From NCBI GenBank assembly GCA_963775125.1, contig CAVZHQ010000004.1, positions 7,549 through 71,548 of the forward strand: a DNA stretch of 64,000 bases. The letters are read 5' to 3'. Source of the DNA: an uncultured Acidimicrobiales bacterium. GTDB taxonomy: Bacteria > Actinomycetota > Acidimicrobiia > Acidimicrobiales > SZUA-35. Of this stretch, positions 27,455-36,194 are shown in pieces. Position 1 is the first letter of the stretch, and each line of letters opens with the position of its first letter. The notes below the pieces were generated by a model that was not told the DNA's origin, did no database searches, and worked only from the letters and a program-made list of their open reading frames with translations. The position numbers and the translations under genes are program-made.

Positions 27455-28078
27455 TCACGTGTCGCGGCCTTCGAAGGCGGCCGGTCCGTGGCGCAGAGCG
27501 TTCGCGGCGAGCGCCATTGCGGTTCTGAAGTCAGCGGCAAGGGAGCCGCTCGACCACTCCGAGCAGACGCAGGTGAAGGTCTCGTCGTGGAAGGTGATGA
27601 TCACCTGCCGGCTGGATAGTTCGACGGGGCGTACTTCGTGGGCCTGGTAGTGGACAACGCCGGACCCATAGAGAGGGTGTTCGTGCAGCCGTTCGTCGTT
27701 CGGAGGACCCATGCTGACTTCCCGAATGCCCTCGAACACGATCCATCCCAGATTGCGGATGGTGGCGTCCGCGGGGTCGACCACGGTGACCGAGGTGCCG
27801 TCCCAGTCCGGGTCCGGCTCGAGTCCGGCGTGGAAGACAAGGACCGCTCGCAAGCCATCGGTGACGAGATGCGGGACAGGAGCGCCCGGATCGATCGCCA
27901 CTCCCAGATCCACCGGCTCAGCCCATGGCCGCCCGGCTTGCGCCGCGGATCGTCGTCCCGCTGCTGCTTCCGCCTCGTATCCAGCCAGTGCCGCCGCGAT
28001 CGGATCGGTCCCGTGCCCAGCCGTGTGGCGACGCAGCGAATTCGCAAGACGAGCGATTCGGGGCCTGTCCTTGGTCAT
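27455..28078 (-). CDS. hypothetical immunity-like protein, same frame as the Barstar domain
   Basis: Start at ATG 28078 (ATGA overlap with the NTase-2 stop). Contains SMGPPNDERLHEHPLYGSGVVHYQAHEV, a motif I recall from uncharacterised actinobacterial proteins. Ends at a TGA that is in frame with the Barstar domain. Confidence 0.45.
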   Translation of the reverse strand: MTKDRPRIARLANSLRRHTAGHGTDPIAAALAGYEAEAAAGRRSAAQAGRPWAEPVDLGVAIDPGAPVPHLVTDGLRAVLVFHAGLEPDPDWDGTSVTVVDPADATIRNLGWIVFEGIREVSMGPPNDERLHEHPLYGSGVVHYQAHEVRPVELSSRQVIITFHDETFTCVCSEWSSGSLAADFRTAMALAANALRHGPAAFEGRDT

Positions 28079-28848
28079 CCGAGCCCGTCCGCCCACACCC
28101 GCTGGTGCGCGTCGATGCACCACCCATCAATGCGAGCGCGATCCGGTTCGGGCCGAAGTGACTCGTCGTCACCGATCGCCTCGAGTTCTGCGTCCAACGT
28201 GAGGCTGCGCTCCCACCACTCGTCGAAGCTGACCTCGCCGTAGCGAACGGCACGCAGCCACTCCCGGGGCTCGCCCTGAATCGGCAGCTCCAGGCCGCCG
28301 GTTTTGAGCAGTTCGAGACACTGGAAGCCGAGCCGGGCGCAGTGCATGGCGTACTTGGTGTCATAGCCGAATTCTGCGATCAGCTCCTCACGGCCCCCTC
28401 CACCTCGCTGGCCGTGGCCGCCACCGCTCAGACCCAACAGCCGCCGGGCCTGAGACTGCATGCACCCCCGGTAGCGCGGGACGACATGACGGCCGACGAA
28501 CGCATCACCGAGCGCACGGAGCTCCTCCCCCACCGGCGTGGTGTGCTCGACAGGCGCCCACAAGGCCATCAGGATCGATGGGTTGCCCGATGCAGCAAGC
28601 CGCACGAACCGGCGCAACGAGTGCAACGTTCGATCGACGTCGCCGGGACCCGACCGAGCCCCTTCCGGCTGCGTGCGCTGCATCACGGTCTTGAAGCCGT
28701 GCTCGTCCAGACCGAGCACCTGCGCTGGGGTCTCGACCACGACGGCGAGCTGATCCTGATCCTCGCCGCCATCAATGCCGGTTCCGTGCGCGGTCGAACC
28801 AACCTCGACCATCAGAATCGCCGTATCGGGCAGCGGAGGGATCTCCAT
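28075..28848 (-). CDS. nucleotidyltransferase, Pol-beta superfamily (COG3541-like), paralogue 2
   Basis: Start at ATG 28848 (MEIPPLPDTA). 257 aa, gap-free collinear with paralogue 1; 212 of 257 positions identical by my hand count. Confidence 0.65.
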   Translation of the reverse strand: MEIPPLPDTAILMVEVGSTAHGTGIDGGEDQDQLAVVVETPAQVLGLDEHGFKTVMQRTQPEGARSGPGDVDRTLHSLRRFVRLAASGNPSILMALWAPVEHTTPVGEELRALGDAFVGRHVVPRYRGCMQSQARRLLGLSGGGHGQRGGGGREELIAEFGYDTKYAMHCARLGFQCLELLKTGGLELPIQGEPREWLRAVRYGEVSFDEWWERSLTLDAELEAIGDDESLRPEPDRARIDGWCIDAHQRVWADGLG

Positions 28849-28958
28849 CACACAATGGTGGCCCAATCCCTCACCGACCGCTGCCATTTCCTCGGATCGT
28901 TCGGTGCCGGCCGGAGAGACTGAGTGCATGCGACGCAGGGCCGGTCCACCCTGGAGAC

Positions 28959-29489
28959 GTGACCGACCGATCCCTTGTCGACCACCCAGCGTTTCGCTAC
29001 TTCCTTGAAGAAGCGGCGCTGTGGCGCCGAGCCCAGACGCGCGCCACCACCGTCGTTGACGCAGCCGTGCAGGCCCTCCTCGCCGGCGTCGAGTCGCCCT
29101 CCTTCGTCCCGATCGCCGGACTCCGCGCAGCCGAGGCCGAAGGCGAACTCGGAGAACTCCTCGCCGCGGCGCTCGACGAACTCAACCTGAACTGCCTTCG
29201 CTACGGCGACCCCGAGAACGATGTGCTTGCTGCAGCCGCCCTGTGTCGCAGCTACCTCAACGGCCACCTCGAGGCCCCGCAGCTGACACAACAGATCCAC
29301 CGGGTCTACGGGCACGACTGCCACCCACTCGTCGAGCGCCTGTCGATCCTCGATGACTCCTTCGACACCCTCGGCTACACCCCGAACCCGACGCGAGTAC
29401 AACTCGAACGCAGCACCTACGAAGCCGCCCAGGCGCTCCAGATCGAGGCAGATGCCATCTACCGACGATCGAGTAGTGAAACCTCGTGA
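28959..29489 (+). CDS. hypothetical protein (paralogous helical domain to 24163..24975)
   Basis: 176 aa, divergent from the NTase-2 gene. See the alignment under 24163..24975. Confidence 0.5.
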   Translation: MTDRSLVDHPAFRYFLEEAALWRRAQTRATTVVDAAVQALLAGVESPSFVPIAGLRAAEAEGELGELLAAALDELNLNCLRYGDPENDVLAAAALCRSYLNGHLEAPQLTQQIHRVYGHDCHPLVERLSILDDSFDTLGYTPNPTRVQLERSTYEAAQALQIEADAIYRRSSSETS

Positions 29490-30380
29490 CCTGGCTGCGA
29501 ACGAACTTCGTCGGTCCTGTCGTCGATCTGCTCTCCGAACTCGAGGTCGGCGAGTCGCTCATCGATGCCGAGCACAACGCCTGCGTTCGCCTCTCCCTCG
29601 GGGTGGAGGGGCTGTTCCGCAGCGAGATCAGACATCGCTGGCCCGGCTGGCCACCCGAGTCGACCACTGATGGCAGCAGTGTCATGGTGTGCAGCCGCAT
29701 CGACAACGACACGCTGATCGTCGTCGGCTTGACCGACAGCGACTTCGCAGGCGAGCAGTTCCCGTTCCAGCTCGAGATCGCCATCGGGACCGGCGAACTG
29801 TCGGTCACCGTGCGCATTGGCCAACTTGACTCAACAGCGAGCGGGCCCCCTCGACTCCGCGACGCCGTCATCACCATCGGACGGAGTCACACCGCCGGTG
29901 GCATCCGCCCGATTCTCACGAACGGACGAATACAAGCCGAGGTGGAGTGGACCGAGGTCATCAGACTCGCCATACCTGTCGAGCCCGAACCGTCACCGCG
30001 CCTTGTTGCCCAGCGAGTTCCGGAATCGCATCATCGAGTACCTCGAACTCGCCTCGTCGTTCGAAGCCCAGCAGCACTACCGGGAACACGTCCCGATCGC
30101 CCACGTACCCAACGAAGTCATCAACCAGTGGGAAGACTGGGTCCCGACGCCACCCACGAACGCCGAGTGGGATGACGTCGTGTACTCGGCCGACGAACTC
30201 ACAGCCATCGAAACCTTTAACTCCACATGGGATCGGGTGGTGGCCGCAATGCCGAACGAGCTTCAAACGCTCGAACAGGTGCAAACGCTCGCCGAGTGGA
30301 CCGAACTCCGAGACGCCGCAACAGCGGCCAGCGCCGTCTTGAACCGTCGCGGGCAATTTCCAGAGGGCCAGGAGATCTAG
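29486..30380 (+). CDS. hypothetical protein(s): one frame-broken gene or two genes
   Basis: ORF 29486..30175 is protein-like up to about 29990 (..AEVEWTEVIRLAIPVEPEP). A second frame is protein-like from about 29995 (LLPSEFRNRIIEYLELASSFEAQQHYREHVPIAHVPNEVINQWEDWVP...) to 30380. The only start option there is TTG. Confidence 0.35.
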
Positions 30381-30388
30381 GGTCTGAT

Positions 30389-30402
30389 CGAACATTCGTT
30401 CG
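30389..30402 (-). terminator. short hairpin immediately 3-prime of tRNA-Leu
   Basis: CGAAC-ATTC-GTTCG. A compensated version (CGAACA-CT-TGTTCG) sits at the same position next to repeat F. Confidence 0.3.
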
Positions 30403-30405
30403 ATG

Positions 30406-30489
30406 TGTCGGAGGGGGGACTTGAACCCCCACGTCCTAACGGACACTAGCCCCTCAAGCTAGCGCGTCTGCCTATTCCGCCACTCCGAC
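30406..30489 (-). tRNA. tRNA-Leu, anticodon GAG, type II (long variable arm), no encoded CCA
   Basis: The reverse complement folds by hand. Acceptor GTCGGAG/CTCCGAC plus discriminator A, anticodon arm CTAGC-TTGAGGG-GCTAG, variable arm GTCC-GTTA-GGAC, T arm GGGGG-TTCAAGT-CCCCC. Confidence 0.9.
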
Positions 30490-30530
30490 GTGACCGGGAA
30501 ATCTTAGCGGGTGACTCCCCGCTTCCTACG

Positions 30531-31994
30531 TTATTCGAGGCTTGTCACGTCAATTGATCCGTCGGGCCGCACGGCCAGTGGCGAGTCCTGCGCTCGCTGC
30601 ACCAACCCGTTGTGCGCGGTGGCCACGGGGATCACGGTCCACTGGGCCAGGGCCGCACTCTCGGCGTCGGCCAGCAGCTTCCATCGAGCCTCGTCGTCAC
30701 CAGTCGTCATGGCCTCGGCAATCAAGGCGTCGACCTCGGTCGACACCAGGCGGGTCACGTTGAGCGGGCTGACCGAGGCGAACAACGGTGGAATCACCGC
30801 GTCCATCGAACTGGCCGGGGTGGGCCAACCGAACGAGAAGATGTCAACCGTGCCGGCGCCGATCATGGCCGTCAGCTGATCGGCGGCGACTTCCTGCACC
30901 GTGGCACCGAATCCGGCGCGGGTCAGGCTCTCGCCGATCGAGGCCGCAGCCGCCGCTTGGTCAGCACCCACATAACCAACGACCAGCGTCGGGGCGACAC
31001 CGACCTCGGCCAGTTTGGCTGTCGCACCACTCGGGTTGTAGACGCAAGCCGAGGCGCAGGCGCCGTAGCGGAACCCGGCAAGCGACGAGGCGGCAACACC
31101 GTCGGCCGTGAACCCGGACGTCGTCAGCGCCCGCATCGCCCCTGGCCGATCGACTGCGGCGAGCACGGCCTGACGCAACCGCGAATCGTAGAGATTGGGC
31201 GAAGCGAGATTGAGTCCGTAGAAACGAACCAGCGAACGGGCCGAGGGTTGCTGGCCGAACCGGCTGGCGGCATCGCCGGTCAGCGTGGCGTCGACAATGG
31301 CTGCGTCGGTCTCGCCAAGCGTCAACTGGTCGTACGCCGCTTTGGTGTCGGCAGCCCAGGCCACCTCGATCGTCCGGTATTGCTCGGACACGAGGGTCAT
31401 GCCAACGGCGTCGGTCGATTCGATGGCGTAGGGGCCGGTCGGTTCGTCGCCATGAATCGAGTACTGCACGCCCGAGAGCAACCAGGCGAAACCTGCGTTG
31501 GGATTGCGGAGCGTGAACATCACCGCCGAGTCGCCGGACGGATCGATGGTCTCTACGTCGTTCAACAACGCAACGGCCACCGATGCGGGCGCAGTTTCTC
31601 GGAGCCGGGCGAAGCTGGCGGCCACGGCCTGAGCATCGACACCGTCGCCCAACTCGAACGTCCACTGGCGGAAGTCGGCGCTGGCGCTCCAGCTCTCGGC
31701 CAACGCGGGACGAAGTTCGCCTTCGGCCGAGGCTTCGGTCAGACCGTCGTACAGCAGGTCGGCGAGTAGGACCTGCGCCTGGTTGCCTACCGAGATCGCT
31801 GCCGGATCCCACACGTCGGTCGTGGTCAGCGTCAGATGCAGCGGACCGGAAGGCTCAGCGGCGAAGGGAAGACTGGAAGGCACCGAATCCAGGTCGGTCT
31901 CCGGCGCAGCGGCCTCATCTCCACCCAACAGCGAGCACGAGCTGCTGAGCAGGCCAATCGCGAGAAGTGCTACAGAAGTACGTCCATACGACAC
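30531..31994 (-). CDS. ABC transporter substrate-binding lipoprotein, family 5 (peptide/nickel type)
   Basis: 487 aa intact ORF with lipobox LLSSSC. DGLTEASAEGELRPALAESW is typical of SBP family 5. Confidence 0.8.
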   Translation of the reverse strand: MSYGRTSVALLAIGLLSSSCSLLGGDEAAAPETDLDSVPSSLPFAAEPSGPLHLTLTTTDVWDPAAISVGNQAQVLLADLLYDGLTEASAEGELRPALAESWSASADFRQWTFELGDGVDAQAVAASFARLRETAPASVAVALLNDVETIDPSGDSAVMFTLRNPNAGFAWLLSGVQYSIHGDEPTGPYAIESTDAVGMTLVSEQYRTIEVAWAADTKAAYDQLTLGETDAAIVDATLTGDAASRFGQQPSARSLVRFYGLNLASPNLYDSRLRQAVLAAVDRPGAMRALTTSGFTADGVAASSLAGFRYGACASACVYNPSGATAKLAEVGVAPTLVVGYVGADQAAAAASIGESLTRAGFGATVQEVAADQLTAMIGAGTVDIFSFGWPTPASSMDAVIPPLFASVSPLNVTRLVSTEVDALIAEAMTTGDDEARWKLLADAESAALAQWTVIPVATAHNGLVQRAQDSPLAVRPDGSIDVTSLE

Positions 31995-32060
31995 CGACTC
32001 CTATCGGCCGCTCCACTCGAGTTCATGAGAACCGGGGGCGACCGGGAACCGTGCGGAGCA

Positions 32061-32291
32061 TCAGGTTTCGATGAGGAACGCCAACCCCACGGTGAGGAAC
32101 AAGAAGATCAAACCGAACAGAACCGTGAGGCGATCGAGGTTGCGTTCCATCGACGTCGACCCGGCCGCCGCAGCGCCCATGCCGCCGCCGAACATGTCGG
32201 ACAACCCGCCGCCTCTTCCGCTGTGCAACAGCACCAACACGATGGTGACGAGTCCGATGAAGATGTACAGGGAACCAACGAAGTAGATCAT
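32061..32291 (-). CDS. secG: preprotein translocase subunit SecG
   Basis: 76 aa from ATG 32291: MIYFVGSLYIFIGLVTIVLVLLHSGRGGGLSDMFGGG... Canonical SecG signature, in its usual position after tpiA. Confidence 0.85.
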   Translation of the reverse strand: MIYFVGSLYIFIGLVTIVLVLLHSGRGGGLSDMFGGGMGAAAAGSTSMERNLDRLTVLFGLIFLFLTVGLAFLIET

Positions 32292-32314
32292 GACAGCATC
32301 CGAGGCTAGCAGGG

Positions 32315-34217
32315 TTACTTGAAGCTGAAGTCGACCACGTTGGCCAATGGGCCGGCCGCGTCGGCGTCGGAGGCGATGCCGGCGCCGGACAACACGCTCG
32401 ACGCGTACCCGTAGAACGAGGGCTTCTGGGTGATAGGGATGACGACCAGCCCGTCGGGGCCCTTCTCGAGGGTCGTCAGGTACCGGTCGAGGTCGTTGTA
32501 GCAGGCGGCCCGTTCGACGTTGTCGAGGGTCGTGTCGCACAAGGGGACCTTGGCGTCGAACTCGGCGTTGGCAAAGGCGTAGGGGTTGCTGCTCCGGCCC
32601 GACAGGTAGTTCTCGGAGTTCGCTCCCGGCCACGGACCGCCTGCCCACGCGAATTGGGCGATGTCCCAAAGCCCGGGGTTGCCCTGGGCTCCCCGGGTGA
32701 CCGATGCGAGCAATGCGTCCGTGGCAAAGGGTTGCGCCAGGAAGTACGCATCGCCATCGACATTGTCCGGCACGATCTCGATGCCGGCGAGGGCCAGTTG
32801 GGCGGCCAGGATCTGCTGTTGGGCCTCCCGCAGTTCGTTGCCGCCGGTGGTGCCGACCCGCAGGGACAGTCGTCCACGGTCGGGATGGGCGTAGACGCCA
32901 TCCGCGCCGAGCAGGTATCCGGCGGCCTCCAACAACGCTTTGGCCTGATCGATCTGGGCCCCGGCGTACAACAGCTGATGGTCCTCGTAGGCCCGCTGGT
33001 TCGTCATCCAGTAGGTGTTGCCCAACCCGGTCTCGGGCAGCACCGCCCCGAACAGCGGCTCGTACAACTCGTTGACCAGCGCTGCCTTGTCGACCGCGTA
33101 GGCGATGGCTTCACGCACGGCAGGATCACCCAAGTGAGCGTTCAGCAGGTTGAAGCCCCAGTGCTCGTAGACCGGCCCCGCGGCCGACGCAACCGTGAAG
33201 TCGGTTCGTCCCGCCAGCCGCTCCCCCAACACCCGCTGGGGCTGCGCCATGATCACCTGAGCTTGGCCCCCCTCGATCGCCTGGATGGCCTCGTCGATCG
33301 TGGGTAGGAACCGGATGAACACACCGTCGACCGCTGCGACACCACGGTTCCTGGCGTCAGGACTGGCCGAGCCGTGGTAGTTGTCGTTACGGACCAGCGC
33401 CAGGTGGAAGCCCCGCTCCCATTCGCTGAACAGCATGGGCCCGGCCGAAACCAACGGCTGACCATCTGCCGTACGCCACTCGGCCAGAGCCGCGTTCACA
33501 GCCGCCGCGTCCACACCGAACGACGGGTGGTACACCTCGTCGAAGAGGCCCCGCCAACCGGCGTAGAAGCGGGACATGGAAATGGTGAACTCGGTGTCGG
33601 AGACGACCGTGAGGCCGGTGATGAGATCGAGCCCGGTCCGGCTGCTGGCGGTGTAGACACATCCCGAGCCGTCGGCGATCGATCCGTCGGGATCGAGCGC
33701 GCAGCCTTCCTTCCAGATGTTCCACGTGTACTCGACGTCGCTGGGCGGTCAACGGGTCGCCGTTCGACCACTGCAGGCCGCTACGAAGCATGAGGGTGAT
33801 GACGACCGAGCCGTCCGGATTGGCGACCACGGACCCTTCCTCGGCCAGGAGCTCGGGGTAGTACTCGGTGGCGCCGCTCACCCCGTAGAGACCTTCGAGC
33901 AACGACCGGCGTATCCACGACGTGACCGCCAGCCGGTCGGCGGGGTCGTCGTAATGCAGGCTCGTCGGTTCGACATCGTGCACCCACACCAAGGTGTTCG
34001 GGCCCACGTCCTCGAAGCCGCGAACGGGCAGGGTCGACGGCACGCCGCTGGAGTCGGCGCCACCAACAACGGTCGAAGTCGTCGTCTGACCGCCCGCCGA
34101 GCCGTCCGAGGTGTCGTCGCCTCCTGGAGTGCAGGCCGCGGCCACCAGACCGACGGAGCAGAGCGCCGCCAGCAGGCGGCCGCCGATCGGCAGGCCGCGA
34201 ACCGTCCAACCGGGCAC
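32315..34217 (-). pseudogene. ABC transporter substrate-binding lipoprotein, family 5; frame broken near 33745
   Basis: ORF 33387..34217 (lipobox VAAAC; ...LRSGLQWSNGDPLTA) continues in the frame of ORF 32315..33577 as DVEYTWNIWKEGCALDPDG...SMSRFYAGW... Confidence 0.8.
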
Positions 34218-34222
34218 CTCGG

Positions 34223-35011
34223 CTACTCGGCCAACCGATACTGGATGATGCGACCGAACGACTCGGCTTCGAGGCAGGCGCCGCCAACCAGCGCACCATC
34301 GATATCGGGTTGGGACATGAGTTCGGCTGCGTTCGACGGCTTCACCGAACCTCCGTACTGGATGCGGACGTCGTCGGCTGCGGCCTCACCGCAAGCCTCG
34401 GACACCGTGGCCCGAACGTGGGCGCACATGGTCTGCGCGTCCTCGGCTGACGCGGTCTTGCCCGTGCCGATCGCCCAGATGGGCTCATAGGCGATGACCA
34501 TGCCGCCGACCTGTTCGGAGCTGACCCCGGCCAGCCCGGCGATGATCTGCCCTGCAACCTTGGCTTCGGCCTGGCCCGCTTCGCGCTCGTCGAGCGTCTC
34601 ACCGCAGCAGAGAATGGGGGTCATTCCGTTGGCAAGCACCGCCTTCACCTTCAGGTTCACCATCTCGTCGGTCTCGCCGAAGACTTCCCGCCGCTCGGAG
34701 TGCCCAACGATCACGTAGGCCACGTTGAGCTTGGCGAGCATTGCCGGCGACACCTCGCCCGTGAAGGCGCCGGACTCTTCGTAGTAGCAGTGCTGGGCAC
34801 CCAACGAGAAGGGCAGGCGATCCGACTCGATGACGGTCTGCACGGTTCGAATGTCGGTGAACGGCGGGTGCAGGGAGATGTCGACCACGTCGACGTCGTC
34901 GCGCGACACCTGATAACTGAGCTCCTGGACCAGCTTCAATGCTTCGAAGTGGTTCAGGTTCATTTTCCAGTTACCGCTGATCAGCGGTTTACGCATGCTC
35001 ATCTCTTTCAC
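34223..35011 (-). CDS. tpiA: triose-phosphate isomerase
   Basis: KPLISGNWKMN, VIVGHSERR and AYEPIWAIGTG. GTG 35011 overlaps the pgk stop; ATG 35002 or 34996 are alternative starts. Confidence 0.9.
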   Translation of the reverse strand: MKEMSMRKPLISGNWKMNLNHFEALKLVQELSYQVSRDDVDVVDISLHPPFTDIRTVQTVIESDRLPFSLGAQHCYYEESGAFTGEVSPAMLAKLNVAYVIVGHSERREVFGETDEMVNLKVKAVLANGMTPILCCGETLDEREAGQAEAKVAGQIIAGLAGVSSEQVGGMVIAYEPIWAIGTGKTASAEDAQTMCAHVRATVSEACGEAAADDVRIQYGGSVKPSNAAELMSQPDIDGALVGGACLEAESFGRIIQYRLAE

Positions 35012-36180
35012 GCCCCCATTGGGGCATCAGGTGAAGGGGCATCAGGTGAAGGGGCATTGGGTGCACCCCGCAGGGCCTCGAGGCCCGGCAGGTCTCCTTG
35101 CTCGATCAGTTCGAGTGACGCCCCACCACCGGTGGACACGTGATCGACGTCTCGGTCGATCCCGAACTGCTTGGCCGCTGCGGCCGAGTCACCGCCGCCG
35201 ACCACGGTGAATGCCTTGGTCTCGGAAATAGCCACCGCGATCGCACGAGTGCCTGCTTCGAAGCGAGGATCCTCGAAGACGCCCATCGGGCCGTTCCACA
35301 GCACGGTGCCCGCTTCGTGGATGATCTCGGTGAACACCGCAGCTGTTCCGGGGCCGATGTCGACACCCATCCAACCGGCAGGCAGGTTCACGCCCGCCTG
35401 GCGCACCTCTCCCCCGGCTGCGGGGTCGAACAACTTGCCGCCGTGCAGTGCGGTGACGTCTTCGGGCAGATGGATGGTGGCGCCCGACGCCAGCAGACGG
35501 GCGCAGGTCTCGACCATGTCTTCTTCGAGAAGCGAGTCGCCGATCTGATGGCCTTGGGCCTTGAGGAACGTGAAGGCCATGCCCCCACCGACGATGATGC
35601 TGTCGACGATCTTCAGCAGGGCCTCGATGACCCCGAGCTTGTCGGACACCTTGGCCCCGCCCATGACCGCGACGAAGGGCCGCCGGGGCTGGTTGCGGAC
35701 GCCCAGGAGCACCTCGACTTCTCGGGCCATGAGGCGCCCGGCGGCCGATGGCAACGTCTGCGGCGGGCCGACAATGGACGCGTGGGCCCGGTGTGACGCA
35801 CCGAACGCATCGTTGACGTAGGCGTCGTATCCGGCGACGAGCTCGGCGACGAACGCCGGATCGTTGCCTTCCTCACCCGGGTTGTACCGAAGGTTCTCGA
35901 GCAACGTGACCCCAGGAGCAACCTTGGCCAGATGGGCTCGTACCGGCTCCATCGAGAACTCGGGGTCGACCTTGCCCTTGGGCCGGCCGAGATGCGAACA
36001 GGCGGTGACCGACGCCCCCTGTTCCTGCAACCACTGCAGGGTCGGGAGCGCGGACTTGATGCGGAGATCGTCGGTGATCTCGCCGTTGCGGATGGGGACG
36101 TTGAAGTCCACCCGCACCAGCACCGACTTACCTTGTAGATCCCCGAGGTCTTCCAGTTCGGGGACGCCGAAAACTGCCAC
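35008..36180 (-). CDS. pgk: phosphoglycerate kinase
   Basis: Start at GTG 36180; the 610 aa ORF upstream of this overlaps gap out of frame. VLVRVDFNVP, SHLGRPKG, GGAKVSDK and VVGGGDSA. Confidence 0.9.
   Translation of the reverse strand: MAVFGVPELEDLGDLQGKSVLVRVDFNVPIRNGEITDDLRIKSALPTLQWLQEQGASVTACSHLGRPKGKVDPEFSMEPVRAHLAKVAPGVTLLENLRYNPGEEGNDPAFVAELVAGYDAYVNDAFGASHRAHASIVGPPQTLPSAAGRLMAREVEVLLGVRNQPRRPFVAVMGGAKVSDKLGVIEALLKIVDSIIVGGGMAFTFLKAQGHQIGDSLLEEDMVETCARLLASGATIHLPEDVTALHGGKLFDPAAGGEVRQAGVNLPAGWMGVDIGPGTAAVFTEIIHEAGTVLWNGPMGVFEDPRFEAGTRAIAVAISETKAFTVVGGGDSAAAAKQFGIDRDVDHVSTGGGASLELIEQGDLPGLEALRGAPNAPSPDAPSPDAPMGA
35021..35065. repeat. 15 bp tandem repeat x about 3 in the pgk 3-prime end
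   Basis: GGGGCATCAGGTGAA GGGGCATCAGGTGAA GGGGCATTGGGTGCA. Encodes the APSPD-APSPD tail of Pgk on the minus strand. Confidence 0.85.
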
Positions 36181-36194
36181 CGGTACGGTCCGCC

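Noticed and set aside
27455-27457. TGA as a selenocysteine codon
   Set aside because: I saw no obvious stem-loop immediately downstream, there is no redox-motif context, and no sel genes are in the window. Nonsense mutation or rare-codon initiation is more parsimonious.
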